The notes under the pieces: generated by a model
Database searches by the model: none
The model's input: only the letters and a program-made list of their open reading frames with translations
What the model was told of the DNA's origin: nothing
Part shown: piece by piece, positions 1 through 13,671 of the stretch
Numbering within the stretch: the first letter of the stretch is position 1
How the letters are laid out: each line of letters opens with the position of its first letter
Program-made: the position numbers and the translations under genes
NCBI RefSeq assembly: GCF_001194135.2
Contig: NC_068990.1
Location: forward strand, 30,306,227-30,370,226
Origin: Octopus bimaculoides
Taxonomy: Eukaryota
Direction of reading: 5' to 3'
DNA: 64,000 nt

Positions 1-75
1 ATAGTCTGTTTTGACATGAGGCCGATGGCTGGATGCCCTTTGTAATGCCAACCACTCCAAGAGTGCAATGGATGC

Positions 76-116
<41 letters not shown>

Positions 117-1007
117 GAGAGAGAGAGAGAGAGATAGAGAGAGAGAGAGGAGGTGTTACTGTCACCTTATTTTGACATTGCATGATAGTTGTAAATGAGT
201 ATCCCTGTCATGCAAGCAGTGTCCTTTGTTTCCAATCTTCCTTGAAAACATGTCTGGTCATGGGAAAACATTACCTTACTTGAAATTAGGCGAGGGTTAG
301 CAATAGGAAGAGAGGGAGAGGTCTTGTCTTGCAGGTACTTGGTGACCTCACCAGTGCTGGTGCCACTTAAAAAGCACCGAGTACACTATGTAAAGTGATT
401 GGCATTAAAAAGGGCATCAGGCTGTAGAAACCCTGCCAAAGTGCAGGCATAGAATATGGTGGAGCCCTTCGGCTCATCTGTTCTTGTCGAACCATCCAAC
501 CCATGCCAGCATGGAAAAAGTACATTAAATGATGATACATGCATGGTTATAAGTACACACACACACACACATACACTCTCTCTCTTTTTCTCCTCTCTCT
601 CTCTCTCTCTCCTATATTCTTACATTATAGACATAAAACTAACATATAGTTACATGTATGAAACAAGATTAGCACACATACATATGCAAGAAATAGCAAC
701 TAAATCTCCCTCAAATCACACCCTACTATTTAAGATAAGGAAACATTGGATAATAGATATTAATGTAGTCCTGCATATAGCAAACATACAGTATGGCCAT
801 GGATGGAATGGCCCTGATCAGATTGATCAGAGTTGATTCAGAGCTTCTCTTCCTCCTCATTGCCTCCACCACCATCATTATTATCATCGTAATCACCAAG
901 AACATAAAGTATCAGACACACATACACACAGATTATCATACACATTCAAACACAAGCATAAATAGAAATGCATGAGTATATACACATAATCCCTGACACA
1001 CTTTGGT

Positions 1008-1036
<29 letters not shown>

Positions 1037-1038
<2 letters not shown>

Positions 1039-1909
1039 GGGTGCAGTGAATATATTGTCATCTAAATTAAACAAAAATGAAAATAACACTGACATCTCAT
1101 TTTAACAGATATATTTACCAAAATTACATAAAAAATCTTGAAATACTAAAGGGTAAATTTATTCAATAAAATCGCCATTGGCTTCAGTCACGGCCTCCAG
1201 ACAAATTCGGAATCTCCTGCAACTCTTCTGGATGGTCCCCTTGTTTAAGTTGGTGAATGCTGCCATAATCCTTGCCTTCAGTTCATCTTTGGTGTGTTAC
1301 AAGGAGTTTTGTTGGTTTCTCACTCAACTGTGCCCCACACATGATAATCAAGGGGGTTGCAGTCTGGGGAGTTAGGTAGTCAGATGTTAGGGGTGATGTG
1401 GTTACAGAAATTGTCCGACAACAATGGCTGGGTTCTCCTGCTTGTGTGGCATGGTGCAGAGTCCTGTTGCCAGACATAGGGTCTTCTAGTAGCCACCCTC
1501 TTGACCCAGGGCAGCACTGCCTCCTCCAGGCACATGATGTAGGCATCCATGTTGAGTCTGAAGCATGAGTGAGAAGATGAATGGAGGCATAATGTTGCTA
1601 TCACTAACGATCACTCCAAACACCGTGATGTTGACTGGATGTTTGATTTTTATGTCTCTCAGTACATGTCCTCAGATTGACATCCAAACACTAAAATGTC
1701 CGTATTGGAGCTTCTGGTGTGAATGCCAAGCAGTACAGCATGTTGTTTTCAAATTTCTGGCAAAATGAATTGCATCATGGTACTGTTTTTCTCACAGACA
1801 GTGCCCAGCTGACCCTACTATACTGTAAAGTTGACAAAATCAAAAACAAACAATGCACATGTGCAAAATTAAAAATATAAAATTGTGACAATTTACCCAT
1901 TGCACCCTG
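1037..1909 (-). mobile_element. maT/DD37D Tc1-mariner, internally deleted non-autonomous copy
   Basis: CAGGGTGCA...TGCACCCTG termini flanked by TA. The minus strand encodes WQQDSAPCHTSRRTQ...NFCNHITPNI, a transposase catalytic segment. Confidence 0.9.
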
Positions 1910-1955
<46 letters not shown>

Positions 1956-2376
1956 CACATATATATANNNNNNNNNNCACACACACACATATATATATAT
2001 ACACACACAAATTATCAAACTCATACACACACACACACACACACACACACTTAAACCCATATGTACTCGTAAAACATTGTACGCTAATAATTTCCGGTTG
2101 CTTATCTAGAACTAAAAGGGGACATGGTACAACAACAACAAGCATGACAATAAGAACAATAAGAACAACGACATTAGCAACTATAACAATAACATCATTG
2201 ACAAGATGATGAGGCAACAGGGAAGCCTCAATGTGCTTGCTTAGCCTGCTAGAATTAGCAGCCAAATGTTTTAATAAAACACAGGACAGTCATTGCTGAA
2301 ATATGCTTGACCCTAGGTAAACTTCACAAGGCTAAACCATAACAACTACATTAATCTATTTGATCTCATGTCCACA

Positions 2377-2748
2377 GGTGTGGCTGTGTGGTAAGAAGCT
2401 TGCTTCCCAACTGCATGGTTACGAGTTCAGTCCCACCACATGATACCTTGGGCAAGTGTCTTCTACTATAGCTTCAGGCCAACCAAAGCCTTGTGAGTGG
2501 ATTTGGTAGACAGAAACTGAAAGAAGCCTACTGTGTGTGTGTGTGTTTTTGTCCCCTTACCACCACCACTTGACAACCAATGTTGGTGTGTTTGCATCCC
2601 CATAACTTAGAGGATCGGCAAAAGAGACTGATAAGATAAGTACCAGGCTTAAAAAAGAAGTCCTGAGGTCGATTCATTCAACTAAAAATTTAAGGTGGTG
2701 CCCCAGCATGGCCACAGTCTAATGACTGAAATAAGTAAAGGATAAAAG

Positions 2749-2750
<2 letters not shown>
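2377..2750 (+). mobile_element. tRNA-headed SINE, tail type 1 (family B1), near full length
   Basis: A box TGGCTGTGTGGT and B box GAGTTCAGTCC, then CCTTGTGAGTGGATTTGGTAGACAGAAACTGAAAGAAGCC, (TG)n and the tail ...CCAGCATGGCCACAGTCTAATGACTGAAA. Confidence 0.85.
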
Positions 2751-2793
<43 letters not shown>

Positions 2794-3213
2794 NNNNNNN
2801 NNNNNNNNNNNNNNNNNNNNNNNNNNNNNNNNNNNNNNNNNNNNNNNNNNNNNNNNNNNNNNNNNNNNNNNNNNNNNNNNNNNNNNNNNNNNNNNNNNNN
2901 NNNNNNNNNNNNNNNNNNNNNNNNNNNNNNNNNNNNNNNNNNNNNNNNNNNNNNNNNNNNNNNNNNNNNNNNNNNNNNNNNNNNNNNNNNNNNNNNNNNN
3001 NNNNNNNNNNNNNNNNNNNNNNNNNNNNNNNNNNNNNNNNNNNNNNNNNNNNNNNNNNNNNNNNNNNNNNNNNNNNNNNNNNNNNNNNNNNNNNNNNNNN
3101 NNNNNNNNNNNNNNNNNNNNNNNNNNNNNNNNNNNNNNNNNNNNNNNNNNNNNNNNNNNNNNNNNNNNNNNNNNNNNNNNNNNNNNNNNNNNNNNNNNNN
3201 NNNNNNNNNNNNN

Positions 3214-3264
<51 letters not shown>

Positions 3265-3266
<2 letters not shown>

Positions 3267-4138
3267 GTGTGTGATGGGTTAATTGTTCCCATTTTATATT
3301 TTTAATTTCGCACATGTACATTGTTTCTATACACAGTATAGTAGGGTCGGTTGGGCACTGTCTGTGGGAAAAACAGCAGCATGATGCAATTCACTCTGTC
3401 AGAAATTTGGAAATGACATGCTGTACTGCTTGGCATTTGCACCAGAAGCTCCAATATGAACATTTCAGAGTGTTTGGGTGTCAATCTGAGGACAGTGCAA
3501 TCTGAGGACATGTACTGAGAGTGATAAAAATCAAACATCCAATCAACATCATGGTGTTTGGAGTGATCACTAGTGATGGAAATGTTATGCCTCCATTCAT
3601 CTTCCCATACAGCCTCAAACTCAACATGGAGGCCTACATCAAGTGCCTGGAGGACGTAGTGCTACCCTGAGTTAAAAGGGTAACTGCTGGAACACCCTGT
3701 GTCTGGCAACAGGGCTCTGCACCATGCTACACAAGCAGAAGAACCCAATCATGGCTATCAGATAATTTCTGTGACCACACCACCCCTAACATCTGGACAC
3801 CTAACTCCCCAGACTGCAACACCCTTGATTATTATGTAAGGGGCACAGTTGAGTGAGAGACCAACAAAACTCCTTGTAACACCAAATATGAACTAAAGGC
3901 AAGGGTTATGGCAGCATTCCCCAACTAAAACAAGGAGACCATCTAGTAGAGTTACAGGAAATTCCGAAGTCGTCTGGAGGCTGTGGTCAAAGCCAATGGC
4001 GATTTTTTTCACTAAATTTACTCTTTAGTATTTCAAGATATTTTAATGCAATTTTGGTAAATATATCTGTTAGAATGAGATGTCAGTGTTATTTTCATTT
4101 TTGCATAATTTAGATGACAGTTTATTCACTGCATCCTG
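3265..4138 (+). mobile_element. maT/DD37D element, internally deleted copy of the same family
   Basis: Opposite-orientation homologue of 1037-1909 with degenerate termini and TA flanks. Residual VMVFGVITSDG...WQQ.SAPC...PNSPDCNTLDY with stops. Confidence 0.9.
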
Positions 4139-6129
4139 TATATAAAATAGACAAATTTCCAAATTTTGTGGCCATAAATGTGTTTTACTCATTTTTGTAT
4201 CTGCCCAAGTATCTTGTTCTGCTGAAGGTAGGACAATAGTGGTACTGATGGTGCCAATCAAGACTGAAACATGTGTCCACAGGTGTCTTCTAGTCTTCAG
4301 AAAACTAGATTGTTTTTCTCTTCAAACACATATCGATATTAAAGCTGGCAGAATGTTTGATNNNNNNNNNNNNNNNNNNNNNNNNNNNNNNNNNNNNNNN
4401 NNNNNNNNNNNNNNNNNNNNNNNNNNNNNNNNNNNNNNNNNNNNNNNNNNNNNNNNNNNNNNNNNNNNNNNNNNNNNNNNNNNNNNNNNNNNNNNNNNNN
4501 NNNNNNNNNNNNNNNNNNNNNNNNNNNNNNNNNNNNNNNNNNNNNNNNNNNNNNNNNNNNNNNNNNNNNNNNNNNNNNNNNNNNNNNNNNNNNNNNNNNN
4601 NNNNNNNNNNNNNNNNNNNNNNNNNNNNNNNNNNNNNNNNNNNNNNNNNNNNNNNNNNNNNNNNNNNNNNNNNNNNNNNNNNNNNNNNNNNNNNNNNNNN
4701 NNNNNNNNNNNNNNNNNNNNNNNNNNNNNNNNNNNNNNNNNNNNNNNNNNNNNNNNNNNNNNNNNNNNNNNNNNNNNNNNNNNNNNNNNNNNNNNNNNNN
4801 NNNNNNNNNNNNNNNNNNNNNNNNNNNNNNNNNNNNNNNNNNNNNNNNNNNNNNNNNNNNNNNNNNNNNNNNNNNNNNNNNNNNNNNNNNNNNNNNNNNN
4901 NNNNNNNNNNNNNNNNNNNNNNNNNNNNNNNNNNNNNNNNNNNNNNNNNNNNNNNNNNNNNNNNNNNNNNNNNNNNNNNNNNNNNNNNNNTGTACTACGA
5001 ATATAAGCATCAGAACTGAAGCTTTTACATAGTCAGCTGACCTGCTAAAAATAGCAGCCAAGTTTCCCTCAAGTATTTTACCATCTTGCAAAATAGAAGG
5101 ACAGTTACAGCTGAAGCCACCACCATAACTATTATTATCATCAGTGGCAAAAAAAAAAAAGAAAAAGAAAGAAAACCCCTATAGATATCTTTAAAAAAGT
5201 AAAAAAAAAACAAAAAAACAACTGATGAGATTTGATAAGATACAGGGAACCGTTTCTGCTGTGCTACTTTGGAGTTGAAATATGGTAAAGTTTAGCAGCA
5301 CTGCCTCAATGGAATTGGTAATGGAATATAAAGAAAGAGATATAAGACAGGAAACAACTTATCTTTCTCACTCTCTTTTTCTATATATGCGTATATGTAT
5401 ACGTGTCTTTAAAAATGTGTATGTGTGTGTGCGTGTATGTATATATATGTTTGTACATATATATGTGTTTGTATATATATATGTGTGTGTATATACATGT
5501 GTGTGTGTGAGTGTATGTATATATATATATATATACATACGCACGTGTACATATATACATATATACACACGCACGTGTACATATATACATATATACACAC
5601 ACTCACACATTCATATGGTTATAAAAATAACACTTTTATAGAGACATGGAAACTGAACATTCACTGAACGAAGAACTCAATAGAAAAGAATGAAATATTT
5701 CAAGTAATTTTATTGATAGAAAGTTGCAAATTTCTCCAGAAATATATATATAACATGTATTTATCATCATCATCATCATCATCACTATTTAACATCCATG
5801 CTCCATGTTCCATGCAAGGGCTGGATGATTTAATAGGATGCAATTTGTCCAAGGAATGCATCGTGCTCCAGGTTTGCTTTGGCATGGTTTCTGCAGTTGG
5901 ATGCCCTTCCTAATGCCAACCACTTTACAGAGTGTACTGGGTGCTTTTTTATGTGGCACCAGCACTTGTGAGACTGCCATGCAGTTTACAATACTACGAA
6001 GCCCAGGAGGCAACTTTCTGTTGGAAGATGAAGGGAAAAAGATGGGGGAAACTATGAGAGAAAGAAAAAGATGGGCAGACCAAGTTTTTTGCTTTTGAGG
6101 AGCTTCATTTTAGAAGAGAAGGAGTGACT

Positions 6130-6846
6130 GAGTGATTGAATGGACACAGAGATTGATGGTGGGGGAGAGTGGGAGATGAGTGATTGAATGAGCTCAGAGT
6201 TTGATGGTGGGGGAGAGTGGGAGATGAGTGATTGAATGGGCTCAAAGATTGATGGTGGGAGAGAGTGGGAGATGAGTGATTGAATGGACATAGAGATTGA
6301 TGGTGGGGGAGAGTGGGAGATGAGTGATTGAATGGACACAGAGATTGATTGTGGGGGAAAGTGGAAGATGAGTGATTTTAGAAGAGAAGGAGTGACTGAG
6401 TGATTGAATGGACACAGAGATTGATGGTGGGAGAGAGTGGGAGATGAGTGATTGAATGAGCTCAGAGTTTGATGGTGGGGGAGAGTGGGAGATNNNNNNN
6501 NNNGGGAGATGAGTGATTGAATGAGCTCAGAGTTTGATGGTGGGGGAGAGTGGGAGATGAGTGATTGAATGGGCTCAGAGATTGATGGTGGGGGAAAGTG
6601 GGAGATGAGTGAGTGAATGGATGCAGAGATTGATTGTGGGGGAAAGTGGGAGATGAGTGAGTGAATGGGCTCAGAGATTGATGGTGGGGGAGAGTGAGAG
6701 ATGAGTGATTGAATGGGCTCAGAGATTGATGGTGGGGGAAAGTGGGAGATGAGTGAGTGAATGGATAGAGAATGATGGTGGGGGAGAGTGGGAGATGAGT
6801 GATTGAATGGACACAGAGATTGATGGTGGTGGAGAGTGGCAAATGA
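6130..6846. repeat. 48-bp minisatellite, about 15 units, G-rich strand
   Basis: Unit GAGTGATTGAATGGACACAGAGATTGATGGTGGGGGAGAGTGGGAGAT, interrupted by one 10-N gap. Confidence 0.95.
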
Positions 6847-7224
6847 GTAATAGTGCTGAGCAGCAGCAAAGTAATGATGGAAAAATAGACAGAAGAAAGA
6901 TGGAGAGAAGGATGATGTTAGATAAGTTGCAGGGTGGGAGATGCAGGTGTAGTGCTTGGGGAGGGTAAGAGATGTATGATGGTAGGGGAAAGATAGTTGT
7001 GTGCTTATGTACACAATGGTTTTACTGTCATGACACCTGGATTTGCTGCACCTGAAGAATTTCAATATTAGTTAAGATTAGAATCTGACAGTGCAGATAG
7101 CCTAAAGCTTGGGTTGAGTGCGGCATTGCAAATAACCCATTTTTCTCCCCTCCATTACTCTCTTCAAAGGTTGTTGTTTTTTGGGGGGCTTTTTTTTTTT
7201 TTAGATATCTCTTGGCAGATAAAA

Positions 7225-7745
7225 TGCTAGCACAAGAAATGAAAAGAGATGCAGTCATTGTTGCCACACATGTGGAACACAGTGATTTAAAACTTGTCAA
7301 CTTTCTAAATGCTGCAAGATCTTTTGTATACAAAAGTCTGGATGGAATTAGAAGCGTCTGAAGGGAATGTTTCCATTGTATCAAAGAGAATAAAACCATT
7401 CTAAATGTTCAGATGCTATATGAACATACACAATTCATCCAGTGAGTTCAAAACATTATGATAATGATCCTGGGAAATCAATGAAGGCCATCATCAAAGA
7501 ACTTCAGGTGTCAGAGTGAGCTACCAGAACTGTAGTGCATAAGGACATTCAATAGAACTTGGACGTAGGAAGGAGAGACCAATTCATTATCTGCAAAGAC
7601 ACAGGAAAATTGTTTGATCCATGTCAAGTGGTTACTTAACAAGGTTAATAAATCTTAAGAATATGGCATGCTTTGGTTCTTCTTCGATGAGAAAAACTTC
7701 AACCAAGACCAAAAGTCTAATGAGAAAGATCATTTATATAACTGT
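7225..7745 (+). mobile_element. Second maT-type transposase relic (different subfamily), 5' part
   Basis: MLAQEMKRDAVIVA...NFLNAARSFVYK, then WFFFDEKNFNQDQK. A probable continuation (FYDFITPNIW-like) lies at about 8550-8590, and a second copy of the 5' part at 8740-8845. Confidence 0.7.
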
Positions 7746-8317
7746 AATGAAGTTACTAGTTGAAAGGCCAGAAAATAATGGAGACGGAAAAACAGAACCA
7801 ATATTCTCAATAAAATTAAAAATCCATCATACTATGAATCTGAACATTTGTTAACCAATATTGTCACATCATTATTGAGAATAAAGTTAATCAAAATCAT
7901 ATTGGTTTGATCACTACTATAATGATTTTAAGTATGTGGAGTATTAAGAAAATGTTTAAAGAATTTATAAGAATTATGAAGGCCATGAGAGTTTATAAAC
8001 ATTAAAAGAATTTATGAGATTATAACAAATTATAAAGAATTATAAAGTCTGTAATCAGGATGAAGCAAATATTATAAAGACATCACCTAAGGCTAGAAGC
8101 AAATTTAATGAAGTTATTAAATTAAATTATGTAAAATTACAGTCAGTTGTTATCTGCCATTAGAACTAAGAGTAAACAAAAGCAGTTTAAATATGGTCAG
8201 CTACATGTATTAATAGAATTAAGACACACTAGGCTATATAATACATAAATCTGATTTCTAGTAATTAACGTCTATATTCTAGGGTGAGAGATAAATATCT
8301 AGCACTTGGGGAAGATT

Positions 8318-8520
8318 TTAGAGAATCAGTTTGAAATATAAGGAACTTGTACAGATAGAATGGGGGCATTTGATCCTCAGTTCATTTGATTTATTAATAA
8401 AATCACCCATGCATTTTAAGATTTCCAGCAATTCCAAAGAGCAGAGATTGCAACTATGTCTATCACTAACATAAGGCTTAGTGTGTGTAGCAATGTCCCA
8501 CATTAGATAACAATCAATAT
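8318..8520 (-). mobile_element. Penelope-like element, ORF C-terminus
   Basis: KPYVSDRHSCNLCSLELLEILK...FINKSNELRIKCPH matches the Penelope C-terminal motif CNLCxxEKxxIL...LNKRxELxxKCRH. Confidence 0.75.
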
Positions 8521-9502
8521 CTTTGTTCTTTAACTTCCAGGTAATTGTGGAGAGTGATGTTCTTTATGCTTTATCACTCCTAAATATATGAAGATGATTA
8601 TGTAATCTTGATTTTAAAATGGAAGAAGTGAAATCTACATAAGTGAAAGTATGTATATTAGTTTTAACATGACATTTATATATAATGTGTTTTGTTCAGG
8701 CATTTATTTCCCAGTGGGAATTCAAATTTCTTACAATTACATAATCAAGGTTGTCGACTTTCTAAATGCTGCAAGATCTTTTGTGCACAAAGTCTGGATG
8801 AAATTAGAAGCCTCTGAAGGGAATGTTTCAATTGTATCCCATTGGGATGGGAATATACAAACCATACCATCATGCAGTAATCAGTTGTGTGTTAACCACT
8901 CAGCCACTCCATCTGCACTTACATTACCATAATTCATTCTGCAGTTATGATAAACAGCACTCAGTCTCCCAAGTGTTCCAAAATGGTTATACCCTTTATT
9001 TTTACTATTACTACAGTTATAGTAATTGCTGTAACCATTACTAAAACTATTCACACCAATACATCCTGTAGTATTACTGTTGTTGTTAATATTATTACAT
9101 GAATTGTTGAAACTGTGATAGTTATTCCTTATACTAATTCCATAGTTAATATCAGTGTTAACACAAATGCTCACATTATCTGTATAATTATTGCAATCCT
9201 AATCATTGTTACTATTCTCATATACCATTATCATTATTGTTTTTATCATTATAATTTGCCTCCCCACCATTATTATTATCATCATTACCACTTTTACTAT
9301 TGTTGGTGTACATTTATGCATATACACAACCACATGCACATACATATATATATTTGTGCTTTGTAGTCATCTGATTCATCCAGACAAGCAGTGTCACCCT
9401 CCCCCAAATAGTTGCTCACTTTGATTATGGCAACCAGTCCAACACCTGCCACTATGGGAAATAAAACAATGATTATGATGTGTGTGGTTATATACATACA
9501 TA

Positions 9503-10770
9503 CAGGGTGCGGTGAATAAATTGTCGTCTAAATTATGCAAAAATGAAAATAACACTGACATCTCATTTTAATAGATACATTCACCAAAATTACATAAAAT
9601 TATCTTGAAATACTAAAGAGTAAATTTATTCAATGAAATCACCATTGGCTTCAACTACGGCCTCCAGGCAGCTTTGGAATCTCCTGCAACTCTTCTGGAC
9701 AGTCTCTTTGTTTAAGTTGGTGAATGCTGCCATAATCCTTGCCTTCAGTTCATCTTTGGTGTTACAAGTTGTTTTGTTGGTCTCTCACTCAACTGCATCA
9801 CATACATAATAATCAAGGGGGTTGCAATTTAGGGTGTTTAGTGGTCAGATGTTAGGGATGATGTGGTTGCAGAAATTGTCTGACAGCCATGACTGGATTC
9901 TCGTGCTTGTGTGGCATGGTGCAGAGTCCTGTTGTCAGACATAGGGTCTTCCAACAAGCCACTCTCTTGACCCAGGGCAGCACTAACTTCTCCAGGCACT
10001 TGATGTAGACCTCCATGTTGAGTCTGAGGGGAAGATGAATGGATACACAACGTCACCATTACTAGTGATCACTCCAAACACCATGATGCTGATTGGATGT
10101 TTGGTTTTATATCACTCTCGGTACATGTTTTGGGGACACAGCAAACCAACAGTTGTTCTGTGTGTCCACCATCTGATGTTAGCAGAATTTTTTCTTGTCT
10201 GAGAAAAACCAAAGCTTGTTCAGTTGGAGGGGATACTTGAGTTAGTTCAAAAGCTTCGTAGTGTGGTCTTTCGCCTTGTCCTTGATGGCTTGGGATAAAA
10301 ATTGTCCCTTTCTCATCTTGTATGAGGAATACTTAATGTCTTCATGCACTACCTGCCTAATAAGAAACTCAGACACTCCCATCTTCCTGGTGGTAGACCT
10401 GATTGACTTGGAAGGATTGTTGTCAAGCATGGCCTGGCTCTCACCAACAAATTCAGTTCTTTTCTTATCAGAACAACCAGAGTGAGATTTCCGAGCTGCA
10501 ATACTTCATAATCACTATTAGACTCATCCAACTCTTTCTGAATCCCCTGCACTCTGAAATATTCGTATTGGAGCTTCCAGTGCAAATGCCAAGCAGTACA
10601 GTATGTCGCTTCCAAATTTCTGGCAGAGTGAATTGTGTCAGTGCTGTTTAGCTTACAGATGGTGCCCAACTGACCCAACTATACTGTGTAGTCAACAAAA
10701 TCAAAAACAAACAATGTGCATGCGAGAAATTAAAAATGTAAAATGGCAACAATTTATCTGTTGCACCCTG
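9503..10770 (-). mobile_element. maT/DD37D element, longer degenerate copy
   Basis: CAGGGTG...CACCCTG termini with TA flanks. It retains the internal segment (SIRSTTRKMGVSEFLIRQVVHEDIKYSSYKMRKGQFLS) missing from the other copies. D-to-D spacing reconstructed across copies (QQD...PLD) is 37. Confidence 0.9.
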
Positions 10771-10777
10771 TATATAT

Positions 10778-11120
10778 ATCATCATCATCATCATTTAACG
10801 TCTGCTTTCCATGCTAGCATGGGTTGGACGATTTGACTGAGGACTAGTGAACCAGATGGCTACACAAGGCTCCAATCTGATTTGGCAGAGTTTCTACAGC
10901 TGGATGCCCTTCCTAACGCCAACCACTCCGAGAGTGTAGTGGGTGCTTTTACGTGTCACTGGCACGAAGGCCAGTCAGGAGGTACTGGCAATGGCCACGC
11001 TCGAAATGGTGCATTTTACGTGCCACCAGCACTGGCAATGATCTCGCTCGCATGTTTTTTCACGTGCCACCTGCACAAGTGCCAGTAAGGCAACGCTGGT
11101 AGCGATCACGCTCAAATGGT
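10778..11120 (-). mobile_element. RTE 3' UTR copy (representative of more than 15 copies)
   Basis: (CAT)n tail then TTTAACGTCTGCTTTCCATGCTAGCATGGG...GGATGCCCTTCCTAACGCCAACC. Other copies at about 350, 5760, 12865, 13150, 20280, 23630, 25850, 27100, 37855, 42940, 43730, 50775, 51955, 54185, 55130, 59065 and 62060. Confidence 0.88.
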
Positions 11121-11154
11121 GCTATTATATATATATATATATATATATATAAAT

Positions 11155-11197
<43 letters not shown>

Positions 11198-11990
11198 GAC
11201 ACTAGGATCTTCTATTAGTTTCTGTCTGCCAAATCCACTTACAATCATCATGTTGGCCCAGGGCTATTGTATAAGACACTTGACCAAGATGCCACACAGT
11301 GGGACTGAACTCAGAACCACATGGCAACCATTGGCAACATGATGATTGTAAGTGGATTTACCACACAGCCACACCTGTGCCTATATATAAATATTTATGA
11401 CTGTTAATTATGCAATGTCAAGAATAGGAGAAACACCTGCTTTCACACACACATAACACAGATATATACATATACAGTGGGACAGAACTCAGAACCACAT
11501 GGTTACAATCATCATGTTGCCAATGGCTGCCAAATCCACTTACAATCATCATGTTGGCCCAGGGCTATTGTATAAGACACTTGACCAAAGTGCCACACAG
11601 TGGGACTGAACTCAGAACCACATGGTTGGGATGTAAACTTCTTAACCACAGAACTATGCATGCACTTAAGTCATATAGTTTTGTGTGTGCGTGTGTCTGT
11701 GTGAGTGCACGCATATGTGTATGTTACATGTATGTGCATGTCTGTGTGTGTGTCTGTGTGCACGCACATATGCATACATCTGTGTGTGTGAATGTGTGTT
11801 TATGTGTCTGTGCATATCTGAGTGTGTGTGTGTCCATATGTCAATGTGTTTGTGTGTATGTCACACAACCAATGATACCATTAATCTTTCCTCCCAATAA
11901 ATTTCAGAAAATACATTTCTCCTGCTACGACAGAATAAGAAATTGCAAATGAGAAGTGTCCAACATCCCAGCACACTTCTCTGTGTGTGC

Positions 11991-12031
<41 letters not shown>

Positions 12032-13114
12032 CGCGTGAGTGTATGTGTGTGTGTGTGAGTGCGTGCCAGTGTTTATGCATGGCAGTGATGTGACTGGATA
12101 CTCACGTGATAGTAATGTGTCTGTATATGCATGAATATGTATACACACATACATAAAGACATACAAGTGCATATTTGTGTTTGTGTATCTGTGTGTGAAC
12201 ATTTGCATGTGTCCATGCACGCATGCGCACATGTGTATGTGCATGTCTCAGGTTGTATGTGTTATTAGCAAAGCTATGGAGTCGTGGTAGGCTTTCACAA
12301 ACCCAAATATACAACGATGGTTCAACTCCATGTTGCACCATTCCACTTGATTTGTTCCTTGCACCAGCAATTTCTAAACACAGACAATAACTTGAAGAGG
12401 GATAGGCTTCGCTCAGCCAATTCTTTCTTCTCAACACACAACACGAACACAAAGACTTCGAGGCTGACCTGTCAAGCTATTGATAATTATACAACTGTTC
12501 TATTGATATATACACAATTGAAATGACTAAGTCAATATGGATTGAATGTACCAGCTCATACACAAGTTCATAACCGACATAGACATTTTGTTGTGGCTTT
12601 GTGGCTCACAATTATATACATTGCCTATGTGTGAATGTTGTGGATAAGATTTGCCACATTATCTGATGCTTGCAGTACAAAACTGGTGGCCTATGAAAAG
12701 TAGCAATTCATTTCACATCTGCTGAATGTGGTTCTGAATCTAGAGACATAAAACAAAATTCATGAGTGTCTGAGTCATATAAAACCTCAAAAGTTAGTTT
12801 TTATTATTTTTCTGGTTTTAACTAAAAAAAAAAAAATACTAAAACATTTTGGTGTGACCTAATACCATCATCATTTAACATCTGTTTTCCATACTGGCAG
12901 GGGTTGGACAGTTTGACAGGAGATGGCAAGGTTGGAGAGCTGCACCAGGTTCCATAATCTGTTTTGGCTTGGTTTCTTTAGTTAGATGCCCTTCCTAATG
13001 CCAACCACTTTACAATGTGTACTGGGTGCATTTTATGTAGCATCAGCACCAGTGCTTTTTATGTGGTACCATCAATTTATATGACACTATGGCTTCAGGA
13101 CCTAATAATAATAA

Positions 13115-13145
<31 letters not shown>

Positions 13146-13550
13146 AATAATCACCGTCGTTTAACATCCACTTTCCATGCTGGCATGGGGTGGATAGTTT
13201 GAGTGAGGACTGGCAAGCCAGAAGGCTGCACCAGGCTCCAATCTGATCTGGCAAAGTTTCTACAGCTAGATGCCCTTCCTAACGCCAACCACTCCAAGAG
13301 TGTAGTGGGTGCTTTTACGTGCCACCAGCACAAGGGCTAGTCAGGCAGTACTGGCATTGGCCATGCTCAAATGGTGCTTTTTACATGCCACCTGCACAGG
13401 AGCCAGTCAGGCGACGTTGGTAACGACCACACTCGAATAATGCTTTTTATGTTCCACCGGCATAGGAGCCAGTCTGACGGCACTGGCAACGATTATGTTC
13501 GAATGGTGCTTTTAACGTTCCACTGGCACAGGTGCCAATCAGGCGGTACT

Positions 13551-13632
13551 GCCATTGGCCACAACAACAATTTCACTTACCTCAACAGGTCTTCACAAGC
13601 ATAGTTTATTGTCCAATGATTGAAGGGTACTC

Positions 13633-13671
<39 letters not shown>

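Noticed and set aside
4991-5100. Possible membrane-protein exon QDGKILEGNLAAIFSRSADYVKASVLMLIFVV
   Set aside because: Overlaps the family-D repeat core (CTGCTAAAAATAGCAGCCAAG).
6052-7065. 337-aa Ser/Pro/His-rich ORF
   Set aside because: Read-through of the 48-bp minisatellite, whose unit length is a multiple of 3. No splice or homology support.
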